This document shows positions 1 to 15,154 of a stretch of 64,000 nucleotides of DNA, piece after piece. Every line of letters starts with the position of its first letter. The first letter of the stretch is position 1. A model generated the notes under the pieces. That model was not told the origin of the DNA. It did no database searches and was given only the letters and a program-made list of their open reading frames with translations. Source of the DNA: Eledone cirrhosa (taxonomy: Eukaryota); contig OZ024755.1 of the NCBI GenBank assembly GCA_964016885.1, forward strand, positions 14,942,001 through 15,006,000, given 5' to 3'. The position numbers and the translations under genes are program-made.

Positions 1-78
<78 letters not shown>

Positions 79-233
79 GTGTGTTTGTTCGTGTGTGTGT
101 GAGTGAGTAGGTATATGCATTTATATGTATATATGCATGCATATCGATACAAATCAAAGCTGCAGCTGATCAATAGCGGAATGCGCGTCACCACTCAATA
201 AACGTTATGAAGACATAACAAATCGTCTTTTTA

Positions 234-288
<55 letters not shown>

Positions 289-319
289 ATGTATGTATAT
301 AATTATAAAAGGACGATAA

Positions 320-374
<55 letters not shown>

Positions 375-643
375 AAGAGAGAGGGGGATGTATATATATA
401 TATATATATATAGGGGAGATGCTCCATGATATATCTTAAATCAAATATCCTGTGAAACACTTTCCTTCACCACTTATGTATTACAGGAATTTAGATCGTT
501 ATACAATAATGTTGTACTTGTTGTATCATTACCGCTGTATGAGTGTATATGAGAATAACCTTGCACATGACGACGAGAGATTCTTCTATTTAAAAACATC
601 ATGACAGATGCCGAAGTCAAGACAATAAGGTCAACATAGAGGA

Positions 644-698
<55 letters not shown>

Positions 699-745
699 TT
701 GTATGCATATATATGTGTGCGTGTATGCATATATATGTGTGCGTG

Positions 746-796
<51 letters not shown>

Positions 797-1689
797 AGTA
801 ATAGGGAGATGAAAAACATATTTAAACATATTTACTGGAAAACTACTCTTAAATATTTTATTCTACCTTTTGAAAACAACGCGAATGACCTAAAGGCAGG
901 GAAGGAAGCTGCTTCGTGATATATTTTAAATGGTGGAACATCAAATATCCTATGAAACACTTTCCTTCGCCACTTATCTTTAAGTGCTCCCCCACCCATT
1001 TTCTTTCTTTTCATTCGTTCGTTCACTTCATTAGTTGACAGACTATTAACTAGTATTAAAATTATTTTATTAATGAAGCTACTTAGAGAGCCTATTTTTT
1101 CGGGCATTATATTCATCGATTGCTTCATGTCTTAGAACAAATAAATTAAAATAAAACAATAACAATAGCCATATGCATGTGCACAGACACAAACATAAGC
1201 AATCACACTCAAACACACACAAATACACATATACTCACACACACATATATACACACATATATATACACATATACTGACACACACGCACACTTATTCCAAT
1301 GTAAAACATATATAAAATAATAACACACACATATATACACACATATATATACACACACTGACACACACGCACACATATATATTCACACACACACATACAC
1401 ACATATACACATACATACACACACGCACACTTATTCAAATGTAAAACATATATATAATAATAACTAACTAAATATAAATATATCAATATAAATGAAATTA
1501 ATAATAAAAAATAATAAAAGGAGATTTGGTTAATTTTCCTTTCAATAATACCCCTAACGTATAATTTAAAAAATCGATAATCTCTCAAATGCTTTGTTGC
1601 CATAGTAACATCCTTGCTAGATGTAAATGACGCCGTTATCAAAGTGAATGGAAAGCAGAGCTGAAGTAAATGATGGATTACATATAAGA

Positions 1690-2070
1690 ACAGAAATGAT
1701 TTAAAGAGATAATAATGGCGAGGATGATGATAATAATGCTATTGTTGATGATGATGATGATAGTGATAGTGATAATAATGCTGTTGATAATAATGATGGT
1801 GTTGGTGATATCGATGATGGTGATGATGATGGTGAGTTTGATAATGATGATGATGAGGATGATGAGAGCGGGTATTATTGATGATGATGATGATCATGAG
1901 ATCAATAATGAAGATGATGACAACACATAGGATGTTGATGATAATGTTGGTGATTATGATCACTATAATGATAATGGTGAGAATATTGAGGGTTAACATG
2001 GTGGTTATGACGATGTTGGTGTTGATGGTGATGGGGAGAATATTAGCGATGATATTGATGAAGGGGGTGA
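1690..2070. repeat. Degenerate (GAT)n low-complexity tract
   Basis: Direct reading. Confidence 0.85.
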
Positions 2071-2376
2071 AGGTTTAGGAGGGGGAGGAGTATTCAATTA
2101 TCAAAATTGATAATTTCTCACATTGGTATGAGGCCAACCATAGTAGAGTCGATCTTATTATTTTATTGCTATTCACCAATGGATCGTGTCGGTAATGGTC
2201 CACCCCGTTCAAGAGATTTTAAAGCAATTATATCGACCCTCGGGTGCATCTATTGAAACATTATGCTAACATAGGAACCTCCCTATATTTAAAAACCATA
2301 AGGTTTTACCATAGCTTTCCTCAATTATACTAATATTTAAGCACAGGAATTCACAATCAAATACACAAGCACACAT

Positions 2377-2417
<41 letters not shown>

Positions 2418-2562
2418 TAGATACATATATATATATTCCAATATTTTTTATGAGAAAGCAGACTTAATAATACAGGGTAGAGTTGTGTAGGGCACGTTAG
2501 GTTCAATTCTCCTGGACTTTGCGTCACTAATATAGATTCACAGCTATATGTAAATATGCATA

Positions 2563-2667
<105 letters not shown>

Positions 2668-4583
2668 GTTTAAACACCTATATATATATGGCCGTATATC
2701 CATTTACGTAATCTTTATGCGGTTTGTTTTTGATAAGTAACACAAAGATTTGGTCAAGGCAAGTGTATGATACAAGTTGCCATGCAGATTGATGTAACCG
2801 GAAAAATTTACTATTGAAATACATATTTTAACCACAGAACCACCCGTCTGTTCATATAAAATCCGTGCCCACTATGTAATTTTGAGCAGTTTAAACTTGT
2901 ATCATTCTAAATGTGATACAACACAAATGGAAAGTCTTCTTTTTCCTTTTTATTACGGTGCTGTGTGGTGTCGTATAAATTGCTTTGCGGGTAGTTGCGT
3001 TCGTTTTCACGCTTTGACTTCTAATTCAACTTAATGAACATAGTCTGTCATCCTTCCGGTGATCATGAATTAAACAGGTCTCAATCAAGCACTCCAATCT
3101 AACTAATTCATTATCAACCTATGACAACGTGTAATATGCAAACATGGAACAATAGACCCAAAATCTCGTCGAAGTGTTGAACTTCGATGTGAGGTGAAAT
3201 TACACGTCGTGAAGAGTATAATGTTCTCAAGTCAGTGTATCACCCTATATTACTGCTATCATATGACATAGACACAGACACCCTATCATTCACTAATTTA
3301 TACACACACACACATATATATATACACTCGCCCTTTTGGGAAGTGGAACCAGCACCACTACCACAACCACCAACACCAACTCCAATAGAAAAATTAAAGG
3401 AAAGGCAAAAAAAGAAGCTGGCAATAGTGTGATCGTGTGGTTAAATGTGTTTTAGCGGTCACACACCTGATTCTTTTTAAGGACAATACATATTCAATTA
3501 CTATAAAATGGAAAATTCATTGCCACGTTTTGCATGTCCAATAACCATCTTGAGACATAGCTTGCTATCTTTCAAGTAATGTGGTGCTCATGCTTTGATC
3601 CTTCAACATATCCATTATGTGACATCTTGTAGGAAAGAGGACTGCGATATCGATACGACTAAATGCAAGGTAGACCTCGGCGAGATTTGAACACAGAATG
3701 TAGAGCCATAGAACGACTGTGAAAGCTACTACCTATACACAGCACACAGTATAGACATAATAAGGCGGGTTAGAAACAGGTTTGTTAGGTTATTGTTACA
3801 AGGAAACTTGCTTAGACAAATTAATGTTTAACTTATGAAATTTCCATTTGCCTAAAATCTCTTCGACCACGGAAATTATAAAATTATTATCTTTCATTAA
3901 ATACTCACAAACTTAAATGAGAAATCAACTTTCTGCCAAATTAAAAAAATATATAAATTAAATAAATATATTTTAACATGATAAATAATGAAATGAACTC
4001 GATAATTAGATTTTCAAACTGCAATGGTCATGTGTACTTTAATGGTTTCAAAATTCTACTCATGTTTTCAACGTGGTGAAATTATCTTGATGATTAACCT
4101 TAATTAAATAGCACCAATTTTGAAGTTGTCAACGTTTGATTGCATCGGGGCGCCATCGTTAAGCTGGCTATACGAATTGATCATTTTGATTACGTTGAGG
4201 AGGATACTTACAATTATGATAATGATGCTTGTTCTGATGATTATATAACTAAGCAAAATACAACTTTAAATACTTAACGTCGAAGGCTGACAATTTAATT
4301 TAGATAAAATATCTGGAAAAAATGAATAAAGCGCAATTAGATAGGATTCGTTGACAAGGAAGTTTGAATTTCGGTGGTCATTTTATCATTGGCTTTCAGG
4401 GATTTTATTTCGCAAGACGCAAGAAGGTGTATTGAAGGTAATCTAATTTATTTAACGACATCTGTCACTTATTTGTGAAAATCATCATCAACGAGAGCTA
4501 TTTATTTTTAAGCAATGTTCAACAAGAAAATGATAAAGTGGGAATTCATACGCGGTGGTAAGAAACTCATTCTATGTATGTCA

Positions 4584-4622
<39 letters not shown>

Positions 4623-4636
4623 CTCATATATACATA

Positions 4637-4722
4637 CGTAATTTCACGCGTATGAGACGCCGTTCTTTTTGCCCTAAAATTTGATGTCAAATTTGATATG
4701 CGTCCTATATACGAACAAATTA
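4637..4722. mobile_element. Degenerate pogo/Tc2-like MITE
   Basis: Imperfect inverted ends CGTAATTTCACGCGTATGAGACGC and GCGTCCTATATACGAACAAATT. Confidence 0.4.
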
Positions 4723-4749
4723 ATACAATATTAACAACATCATTATATG

Positions 4750-4787
<38 letters not shown>

Positions 4788-5875
4788 CTGTTATGTCCCT
4801 ACTGAAGTAAGTGTAGCATCGCAATAATGAAATACACGGTGTATTCGGCATTTTTAACTTGGCGGAATCCATCTCATTTCTTGTCTGAACACAGGCGAAG
4901 TTTAACCGAGGAAAGAAAAACAGATATACAAAAAAGTGGGAACAAAATGAGTTACAGTGGAAAAATCGATCCCAATACTGCACTGGCACTTTTGTATCGC
5001 CTTTGAGCGGATGAATGACAAAGTTGACCAAAGTTGAAAACCTAGAGGCAGGTATCATCTCAACAGGTCGGTACACAACTGATTTCTTCTACAGAGAGAG
5101 GGAGAGAGTAATAGAGGTGATATGAGGAAGAGATATGGAAGAAGAATCGCCCTTAGTACTAGGACGTTACGTTTTATATCGATATTGATAGGATAAAAGG
5201 CGAGTTTTGAACTCCTAGCGCAGAGAGCATTTTATCAGCCAATTCGCTGCCTATCTTTTCAAGTGTAACCTCAAGCAAAATTACAGTAAGAAATAAAATG
5301 TGCTTTTATCTACTTTCTCAAGTTTAGGATTAAAATTAAAACTTGAATAACGAAATATTTGCTGCTATGATTTTACCCCAAGCTAGGCTATGTTGAAGTA
5401 TGATTCAAGCATCCACAGAAATTATAAAGAAATAAAGGGGACAATGAAATTCTCGATACATTACAATTTTAAACTTAAGAATCCTATTGAATATCATAAA
5501 CTATCAACTCAGGAAAATAAAACCGCCTTACAGATAATACTTATATATATTTTTAGAGATAGGGTTGGGGGAGTAAAAAAACTAAATCATTAATTTAGAA
5601 AAAATATTTTCTTTTTGTAATTCATTATGAGCATAGTCATAAGGAAAGGAAAGATTTTCTTCAAAAACACAGAGAAAAATAAAGTATCTTGTGTGTATGT
5701 GTGAAGACATAATTGTTGTTTCTAAATACACGAAATTAATTTAAATTTTAGGTTAATTTCTTACACCATCCATTATATATATACCATGTTGTGCTACGTA
5801 TGAAATCGAACCGGTAACTCTGAGTGTACATTGAAATAGCTATGCATAATGTAATATATTTTGATAGTTAGCTAA

Positions 5876-5984
5876 TGGCACAAGATCAGCAGTTTTTTGG
5901 GGAAGGGGAAAAGCAATTAAATCGACTCCAGTGCGTGACTGGTACTTTCTTTTATCGACCCCGAAAGGAGGAAAAGCAAAGTTT
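5876..5984 (-). mobile_element. Partial SINE, same family
   Basis: AATCGACTCCAGTGCGTGACTGGTACTTTCTTTTATCGACCCCGAAAGG. Confidence 0.75.
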
Positions 5985-8174
5985 TGATAGTTAATTAATA
6001 CCAACAAAGTTAACTATCCTCCTTACATCCTCATTACTAAAACCAATACTTATATGTTATAGGAATTGGATAAACGTTTCATATACTCTGAAGATATCTA
6101 AATATATCTTCGTGTGTGATAAAACATTGGCTTTCATTTATTTTTTTTTTAAGTCCTTTGTTTCTGCAACAGTTGTATTAAATTCAGGTTTAAATGTTCT
6201 TCAATATATCACATTTTCATATTACAATACTTGTGTGACTGGTGCCGTCAACATTCCGCTTAAACTGCTAGTTATGTGTAGACAGTTGTAGAAAAGGCAT
6301 GGACAGGGAGTGGATTTAAGAAGGCTTGGATTCTGGGAACACGGACAGTAGTTGTATTTGACCTGTGCTTTTGGACACAACACCAGATGTGTGATGAGAG
6401 GATGTAAGATGAATTGGGGGGTATGAGGCGGCACGAAACCAGGCGGCTTCAATATGTCGGTGAGTGACGTTATGCCAATCAGCATAGTGGTTTTGTTTTT
6501 CTGCATACAAGCTAGGATGTTTGTGTATGCTGCAGTAGATACGTTATAGATATGGAAGCGAGATTGAAATGGTATGTTAATTAAAACATGCGTAATGCGC
6601 ATACACAGACACACACATACACACACACTCATAAACGCATACACATTTACATCCACATACACACAAGGCAGAGAGTCATAATATTTCAAATAGAATTATC
6701 CGTATATGATTACTCTGTTAGTTCATATATATGGAAATAATTAATAAAGCCGCCTGTATCAGATGTACGTTTGTATATGTTTATGTGTTGGTAGTTATAT
6801 AATTTAATCGATGGTTGGCATGTATACGAAGCCCTTTAATATGTACGTTTTCCATTGGTATATAAAACATTTTCTCTCCACCCGCGACAATGTGTCTGAA
6901 ATTAAGGCATCTATTTATACCTTCATACATTACTACACAAACATCATTAACATAAGCTGTTAGTGCAATGTCGCAAGTCGTATGAAAAGTGTTTGGACGT
7001 GGCCATGCTAGCAGATGTTTTATTGTACTAATAATTTTAACGTGGTTTCTCCTGGCCTTGCCATTAGCTAACTTGTTCATGGTCGCGTTCAAGAAGTGTT
7101 TTATCGGGAAAACAAACGTTCTGTATATTGTAAACCCTCGCTGATCCGTATATTAGATGGTTAAAAACATTACTTTGTATGACGTGTTAATCCTTGGTTG
7201 TTCTTCAGTTTCTCGCACAAATGTTCGGAATGCTGAGCTAACCTTGTTCAGCCTGTAATCTAGTTTGTCAGATCTTAACTTTCGATAACAATTGCTTAGG
7301 GTTTGGTCACATGGCTAGAGGCGGAGCCTGGCTGATAACAGCTATCTGTTGTAGCTACACTGTTATCTACCGACCAATATTACCTCCACATGTTATTGTC
7401 TCTTTCAAGTAGAAACTCTAGTTTGGTTATCTCATTCCCTTGGTTGAGGATAGTTTTGATTATAGCTGGCAGAGAAATCATTGAATAGTCTCCGTATTCA
7501 TACATATACATATTGAATATATAGGAGATTCTTGCATTTGTTCAATGCTAAAGATCACTATCGTTCGTTAATTCCATCAGCCAATGATGGAGATATGTAA
7601 TGAGATTAACTGTTACATTTAACCAAACAATCGATGCAATACTATTTAACTACTCGCACCTCAATACCCGAGTAAGTCCTGGTTGTGAACAATACTTTCA
7701 TCCATTTCTACTTCAGTTGTGTAAGGCATCACATGTTCATATGTCACCTATTCGATTTCTTGGTACATTGATCTACTTTTGAAAGTTTTCTGCACAATTG
7801 GCCAAATAATTTATTTTCCTGGGACATTTTAACCTAGGCTCATGGGCATGTAAATTCTGAGATCTGCATATATCTTCCGGTTTACCATTGAAGATACACA
7901 CGGCATTTAATTCCACAGCTGTTAGTAGATAAATTGATTGTTTCACATCACTACAAACTTCATTATACGGGTATCATGTTACAGTTTCATCTCTTAAACT
8001 CCGGTTGAGGATTGGGACTCTTGGGATATATCTGGCAAGTTTGGTTGCTTTGCTCTAAGAATAAAACAACAGTGCTATCATCGCCAGGAAACAAATGTTG
8101 CTGTTTCCTCGTTGGTTTATCAAGCACGCTTGTATGGACGTATATATATATATACACACACAAACGAGCAAATA

Positions 8175-8243
<69 letters not shown>

Positions 8244-8604
8244 GCGCGCGCGTAAATGGACATACACACATATATGTGGATGATAGGTCATATCTCCTAG
8301 TGGAAACAATAGTAAATATCATTTGCATAAGTTTCTGTGGAATGTTTCCAGAAATCTAATTATATTTATTTAATTATTTATCACTTATCAGTTGTTATAT
8401 GAAATGCTAGACAAACGATATCTCTATTACTGACTATGATGTACTTCAAATCCTTTCTCATTTATACGAAATGGTATATAAAATATCAAGTTAAGTTAAC
8501 CCACAACAAACTAATAATTTTGCCAATGCGAAACATTCTACAAACTATTACCACAACGAAACACAATTTCACTTCCACCACTATATAATGTGCTATATAT
8601 ATAT

Positions 8605-8650
<46 letters not shown>

Positions 8651-8654
<4 letters not shown>

Positions 8655-8843
8655 AAGTATGACCCCGACGGCAGAGCACAAGCCGTTTCGACGGCTATTT
8701 CTGGACTGAAATAGCCGTCGAAACGGCTTGAGCTCTACCGTCGGAGTCATACTTTTTCCTATTTCCAATAGAGTTTACTTACCCTAAGTATTGAGTACTC
8801 TGGTGCGTTATGGTCCATCTGGTTCCTTACCACAATTCCTTTG

Positions 8844-8847
<4 letters not shown>
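8651..8847 (+). mobile_element. TA-embedded fold-back element, family A (PLE terminal-repeat derived)
   Basis: Inverted arms 8651-8701 and 8708-8758, then a ~90 nt tail ending TTCCTTTGTTA. (TA)n lies on both sides. Confidence 0.8.
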
Positions 8848-8874
<27 letters not shown>

Positions 8875-8876
<2 letters not shown>

Positions 8877-9076
8877 ATCTTAGTTTTTCGTATATTAATA
8901 ATAATATTCGATTCGTTTGCAATTATGCAAACAATCCTCATTTTTAAAGCCATGTCAGTAGAATGAGCCCCTGATTCTTGCTCTTGTGTTGGCATGTTAA
9001 CAGAACTGCAGACACTAATGTTTTTGGGTATTACCCTTCATCAGTACAGCTCACTGTTCACTGTCCACTGTTAGAG

Positions 9077-9078
<2 letters not shown>
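8875..9078 (-). mobile_element. TA-embedded element carrying a hammerhead fold
   Basis: Unique sequence between two (TA)n tracts that contains the 8999-9058 fold. Confidence 0.55.
8999..9058 (-). ncRNA. Type I hammerhead ribozyme fold with G12A substitution
   Basis: Minus strand reads AACAGUGAGCUGUA-CUGAUGA-AGGGU(AAU)ACCCA-AAAA-CA(UUAG)UGUC-UGCAGUUCUGUU. Stem I is about 12 bp with a bulge, the triplet is GUC, and GAAA reads AAAA. Confidence 0.7.
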
Positions 9079-9140
<62 letters not shown>

Positions 9141-9144
<4 letters not shown>

Positions 9145-9229
9145 GATCGATCGATCGACTTTCGTCAAATCAGACCGAGGAAATAATGTTTTCGCCGGTA
9201 TTCCAGTTGCTAGTACTATCTATAATGCG

Positions 9230-9232
<3 letters not shown>
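9141..9232. mobile_element. Short TA-embedded repeat, family F
   Basis: A reverse-complement copy lies at 16403-16473 (ATAGTATTAGAAACTGGAA...CCTCGGTCCGATTTGACGAAAGTCGATCG), also next to (TA)n. Confidence 0.65.
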
Positions 9233-9298
<66 letters not shown>

Positions 9299-9429
9299 AT
9301 GCTTTATATATATATATACACAATGCTATATACAATCCTACACATATGTAATGTGCTATATAGCTTCTATATAATATATCATTTTTACTAATACGAAAAC
9401 GTGTAACGAAACACAACTACACTTCCACT

Positions 9430-10360
9430 ACAAATGTAACTACCACCATAAAGATAAGTAATATCAATACTGACGTCACTAGTCCTCCCATGATCATCAT
9501 CAATGTTACTAGCCCTATCACAATCCAAATCACTAAATTAATCAACAACTATAACGCCCCCGCCACCACAGAAGCAGAAGCAGTAGTAGAAACACCGCAT
9601 CCAGTACAACGCCCACTAGCCACACCACCACAACCCCCATCGGTACCAGCAACAACAATGTCGACAGATTTACCATCTTCCCACTACCATCAGCAGTAGA
9701 AACAAAGCCACTATATACACCCACTGCCACTTTATCAAACACAACAGCAAATTACCATTAACAAATCCCAAAAGTACCCCACCAATACAACACCTTTATA
9801 CACATCTATTACAATCACTAATATCAACTACCCTCAGTGACAACAAATGACAACAGCAACAAAATCAACTATATGGTAGCACCAAAAAGATATTGACATT
9901 ATCAGCAATAGTAACAACAGCAAGTATAACAGCAACAACAATAACATCAACTATATATTATGACGATCAATCGCAGCAACAAGTATAATGATATCAGCAA
10001 TTCTAACAACATCAAATACAACAGCATCAGCAACAGCATCAACTAAAACGACAACAACAACATCGACAATAGCAACAACAACATCAAGAATAGCAACAAC
10101 AACATCAGCAATAGCGACAAGACCAACCATAGTCGCAGCAATTATATTGACAACATAAACAATTATAACGAACAGCAAGACAAAGATAGACAACGTCAGC
10201 AAGCATGAGAACTCCTTCAATAGCAACAATACCAACAATAGCAACACCAACTGCAAATATATTGACAGCAACAGCAAGAACAATAGCAGTTATAAAGGTA
10301 ACACTAGCACCATCAGCCATAATGACAATCCCAGTGATAGCAACACAACATCAACAACGC
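9430..10360. repeat. Degenerate (CAA/CAG/CAC)n low-complexity tract
   Basis: Direct reading. The ORFs here are short and low complexity. Confidence 0.75.
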
Positions 10361-10519
10361 CTAAACTACTTCATTACAAACAACCTGTTGTTAAAGAAAG
10401 TAGCAAAACATGGAAATGAAAAAATATACGTAAATAATAAAAAGTAGAACAGCACACACATAAGTATGTACGTATATGTCTATATATATACATGTATATA
10501 TATATATTCATATATATGC

Positions 10520-10573
<54 letters not shown>

Positions 10574-10695
10574 TCATATGCATGCATATATGTATGTATA
10601 AATATATACTTATATGCATATATGTATGTATATACGTATACATATAGAGAGAGATAGATATACTCATATATATGTATGTATATGCATATATATAT

Positions 10696-10726
<31 letters not shown>

Positions 10727-10832
10727 CTCATATGTATGTATGTTTATGTATATATATATATATATACACACGCATATATCTATATCTATATATATATATA
10801 CGCATAGATATGTATGTATATATATGTTTTGT

Positions 10833-10863
<31 letters not shown>

Positions 10864-10874
10864 CATATACATAC

Positions 10875-10930
<56 letters not shown>

Positions 10931-11360
10931 GGAAATCACGTGCTTTGGCAAATCACTTATAAACTCTGCAAACATGTTTGTTAGTCGCTTTGAGAATAAG
11001 GGAAATGCGCAACCTACGATTAGGTTGATGTTACCTAGCAACTAGATTTGATTAAAAAGCAAACAAAACAAACACCAGAAAAGAAATATAACAAAACTAA
11101 AAAAAAAAGCATGTAAAGAATAATGTATAAACAAACTATAAAAAAAATCCACTAAAACATAAAGGAAACTAAAAACAAAAGGAAAAACGATTAGCCATGC
11201 TCGGAAATAATGTTACTAGTTACAATGTTAATTAATGCTCTCTTCATCAGCCTCCTACTTCTTCACTGAGTCATGCAAATTTAGAGAAATATCTGGCAAA
11301 ACTGGGAGAGAGTTGGACAGAGAATAGATGAATGGAGGAATGGTGGTATAGCGGAATAGA

Positions 11361-11630
11361 GGGATGGAGGGTTAGATGGAGTAACGGGAAGGTATGTATA
11401 GAATGGGGGAGAAAATAAAGAGGAGGTTGTGTAGGTGGGGATTTTGGTGATGGTGATGATGATGATGATGAAGGTTGTGGCGATGATGATGATGATGATG
11501 GTGGTGATGATGATGATGATGATGCTAGTGGTGTTGGGGATGGAGGGTTAGATGGAGTAACGGGAAGGTATGTATAGAATGGGGGAGGAAATAAAGGGGA
11601 GGTTATGGAGGTGGGGATTTTGGTGATGGC

Positions 11631-11697
<67 letters not shown>

Positions 11698-11995
11698 CTA
11701 GTGGTGTTGGGGATGGAGGGTTAGATGGAGTAACGGGAAGGTATGTATAAAATGGGGGAGGAAATAAAGAGGTTGTTGGGGTGGGGATTTTGTTGATGGC
11801 GATGGTGATGAAGATGATGATGAAGATGATGATGATGATGATGGTGTTGAGGATGGAGGCTTGGGATAGAATGTTGGAGGGATTAACGGGTAGGTGTTTA
11901 GAAAATTGGGGACGAAATAAAGCATTGTTGGAGGCGGTTGTGGGGTCGGAGATTTAGGTGATGGTGATGATGATGATGGTAGTGGTGTTAGGGAT
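11361..11995. repeat. ~175-bp tandem repeat containing (GAT)n, three copies plus one degenerate
   Basis: GGATGGAGGGTTAGATGGAGTAACGGGAAGGTATGTATA recurs at ~11361, 11538 and 11711, with a diverged copy at ~11851. Confidence 0.9.
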
Positions 11996-12586
11996 GGAGT
12001 GATGGAGATGAGGAGAGGTGGTGGTTTGGGTTAGGACGCTGTTGATGATGGTGATGGTAGTGTTAAAGGAATGTGGATGGAGTGATGGGAGTGAGGTGGT
12101 GATTATGGAAGTGGTTTTATTGGTAGCGGCGGTAATGATATAGAAGGTCGTGTGGGTGGTTGTAGTGCAACTATCGGTGATGGTGGCGTTGTTATTGGTT
12201 TTGGTAGTGTTGGTGTTGTTGGTAGTCGTATTTTGTTGTACTGGTGATAATAGTGAAGTGGTAACATTGATAGTAGGGCCATGTGGAGATAGAGGGTGTT
12301 TTCTTAGTGATATTCGTGATCGCAGTGGAGGTGGGTGTTTTGGTAGTGTTATTGGTGGCAGTAGAAGTGGTGGAACTGTTGGTTGATATCAGAGGTGGTG
12401 TTGCTGAGGGTAGCTGTCTTGCTGGTAGTAGTCGTATTTACAGTAGGTCATGATGTTGGGATAGTGGTGTTGGTGTAATTGGATGGTAGATATAGTGTTG
12501 GTGCAGAGATGCTCGTAGTTTGATGATTAGAGCAAGTAGACAACAAAGATGTAAAGATTCAAGGTGATAAAAATGAAGATGGCAAG

Positions 12587-12672
<86 letters not shown>

Positions 12673-13431
12673 GAGAGAGGAGAGGAAGAGGAAACAGATA
12701 GTATGAATATGAAGGACAAGAACGAAAATTAAAGAGAAAGAAGTTAAGCAATGAGATATGTATAAGCAGCATAAATCAACAGAGATTATATAAATAAAGG
12801 AGAAAATAGTTGGACGGAAGAGTTAGGAGATAGGGGTGGTATGGGAGAAGGAAAGGTAATAGAAACAACATCAATGCGAGCAAGAGGAGAAGCTAGGGAT
12901 ACATAAAAAAGAAATAGAAATGGTTGAAGCAGACGAAAAATACACGATGAAAACAAAGAAGAAAATAAACAAAAGAGGAGGGGGACTTTGAAGAATATAT
13001 CGGTGAATTTAAAAAAAAATAAAACTATGAGTACAGAAGAGTTTGTAATTAAGATAGGAAATTTTTGGAGATGAAGAAAGAGGAAGACAAAGCTAATGGC
13101 GTAGAACGGAAACAGAAGGAAATGGCGAAAAATTGAAAGAAAATGAAGGCGGAGAGGTAGGGGTAGATGAAAATGAAGCTAATAGACACACTATCGTTAG
13201 CTGAACATCGTTTAGCAGCATGTATACCCCCATTGTCTTCTATTCTCATTTGTGAATTTTATTTAGTCCTATTCTCCTTTTTCTAAGTGTGTTGACTGTA
13301 TATGCTCTCATCTGAACTACATAATTGCATTGTCTTCAATCTCTATCTAACATCCCACGTCAATGCAAACTGAACAAATATACTCACACGTCAAAATCAG
13401 TTTTCAAAAAATGCGCCACTGTAAATATTTG

Positions 13432-13466
<35 letters not shown>

Positions 13467-13544
13467 CATATATAGAGTTAAGAAATGTCTACTATCCTTC
13501 ATTTAAATAGTAGACAAGAAAAGCTCGTACACCAAGTGGTCCGC

Positions 13545-13830
13545 CATAGATTACACACAAGCTCCACACTGTAAAAATTACTAGCAAGAATACCTTGTGT
13601 TTTATTAACTCCGAGAATCTGTGAAATTGGTAGTTTCCAAGCACATTTTAGAGAAGTTTACTCTGAGTGTAAATTATAATACGTCTTCCATTATGGAACA
13701 ACATCATATTACCATTAGAATGGTTTTGCGGGTATCATGATAAGCAACATTGTAGGGTTTCCCAGTTTGATTTCATTGGTTTTAATCCTTCTATCGCTAA
13801 GCCCATTCTCAATGCTTTGACCTTGGGAAA
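13545..13830 (+). pseudogene. Decayed Penelope-like reverse transcriptase fragment (N-terminal RT motifs)
   Basis: Frameshifted translation PCVLLTPRICEIG/VSKHILEK.../LWNNIILPLEWFCGYHDKQHCRVSQFDFIGFNPSIAKPILNAL matches the PLE RT pattern CRLINP..SEIG..SK.IL...W.NT..V..WF....K....FD...FYPSI. Confidence 0.7.
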
Positions 13831-14915
13831 TAACATCGTACAAGTCAGCTAATCCGACAGTAATATAATTATACACGCAAGGAAATGTTTCTGGTTTTTT
13901 CCTTTTTTTATTTCTTTTTTGCTAATTCCAATCGTGTTAGAAAAATGGAGAGAATTTAATCGATGTCTCTATGGGGCATATGGTGACACTCAATTGTGCC
14001 TTATGTATTCATTTTTAAATTGAAGGCAGTGTTAAGTTCACACCCTAGTGCCTCTTGCAAGAGGATTCTATTTCACGGTGTTACTGTTATTTTCATTATT
14101 GTTGTTGTTTCCTGTTTCCATTGTTGCGGTTGTTTTCGTTAGCATAGAAGTTGTTTACTTGTTTTTTGTTGCTTCTCTCGCTATTATTGATGTGACCGCT
14201 GATGCAGTTATCATTTTCTGTTTTCCAGTAATAGTATTAGCTTTTGTTTAGCCACGGGTTAGCTCTTACTGAGCAGAATTATAAGATATCGTAGCCTCGA
14301 TCATCCCCTTTTGTTTTAGCTTTTCCGCATCTTAATAGAAATCTTAACCACATTATAGTAGGGCGGTGTTTGAGAGGGATCTGGCTGCTATTTCTCGCAG
14401 ATCGAGATATCAAATAAAGATTTACTCACTAGGTGTCATCCGTTTTATTCGACATTTTCCTCACATCGTTTACCTTTATATCGCTTGTATTGATGTCAGC
14501 ATGTTTGTTTTTCTATCTTCCATCGTCTTATCTTTTGTTGTTGATATTCTTGTTTTCATCATATTACTGTTATTGTTGATGATATATTGTGTGTTGTTAT
14601 TCTATGTTTTGTTCAGTATCGATTTCTAACTCACAGCTCTATTACACGATAACGACTCGTGATGCTAGAGTTAACACGTGCATGTCTAATATACCCCGAA
14701 TACATCTACGGTAAAAAAACATGTGTGTGCTTTGTTGAGCAAAATGTTCCATTCAGTCGACAGTATTCCTCGTTACCTACATATATCACTCCTATCCTTT
14801 TAAGCTTACCATCACTTCTCACACTTAAAATAAACAAACAGCGTAAAATAACTCCGCTGTCGCACCTCAAAATTGACTTGGCAAGCTATTTAGAACACTG
14901 GATTAACAGCTTTAC

Positions 14916-14955
14916 TTCCCTCTGAAGAAGAGATATTATCTCAAAAATTAAGGAC
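14916..14955 (+). ncRNA. Degenerate minimal hammerhead motif
   Basis: Reads UCCCU-CUGAAGA-AGAGAU(AUU)AUCUC-AAAA-AUUA-AGGA. G12 appears lost, consistent with CpG decay. Confidence 0.35.
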
Positions 14956-15067
14956 ATTTAAATAAATCTAAGGTAAAAGACTAATTGTCGACAATATCTT
15001 TTGCATTTGCATTCTTTATTCTATGTCCATACCTGCATTGTTTTGGCTTTATTATATATATACAAAC

Positions 15068-15137
<70 letters not shown>

Positions 15138-15154
15138 TTATATATATATATATA

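Noticed and set aside
425-978. Duplicated ~50-bp segment (425-477 and 917-977)
   Set aside because: The duplication is real but short, and it cannot be assigned to an element or function.
6781-7780. Possible R4-type zinc knuckle and endonuclease remnants on the minus strand
   Set aside because: The motif resemblances are weak and occur in the wrong order.
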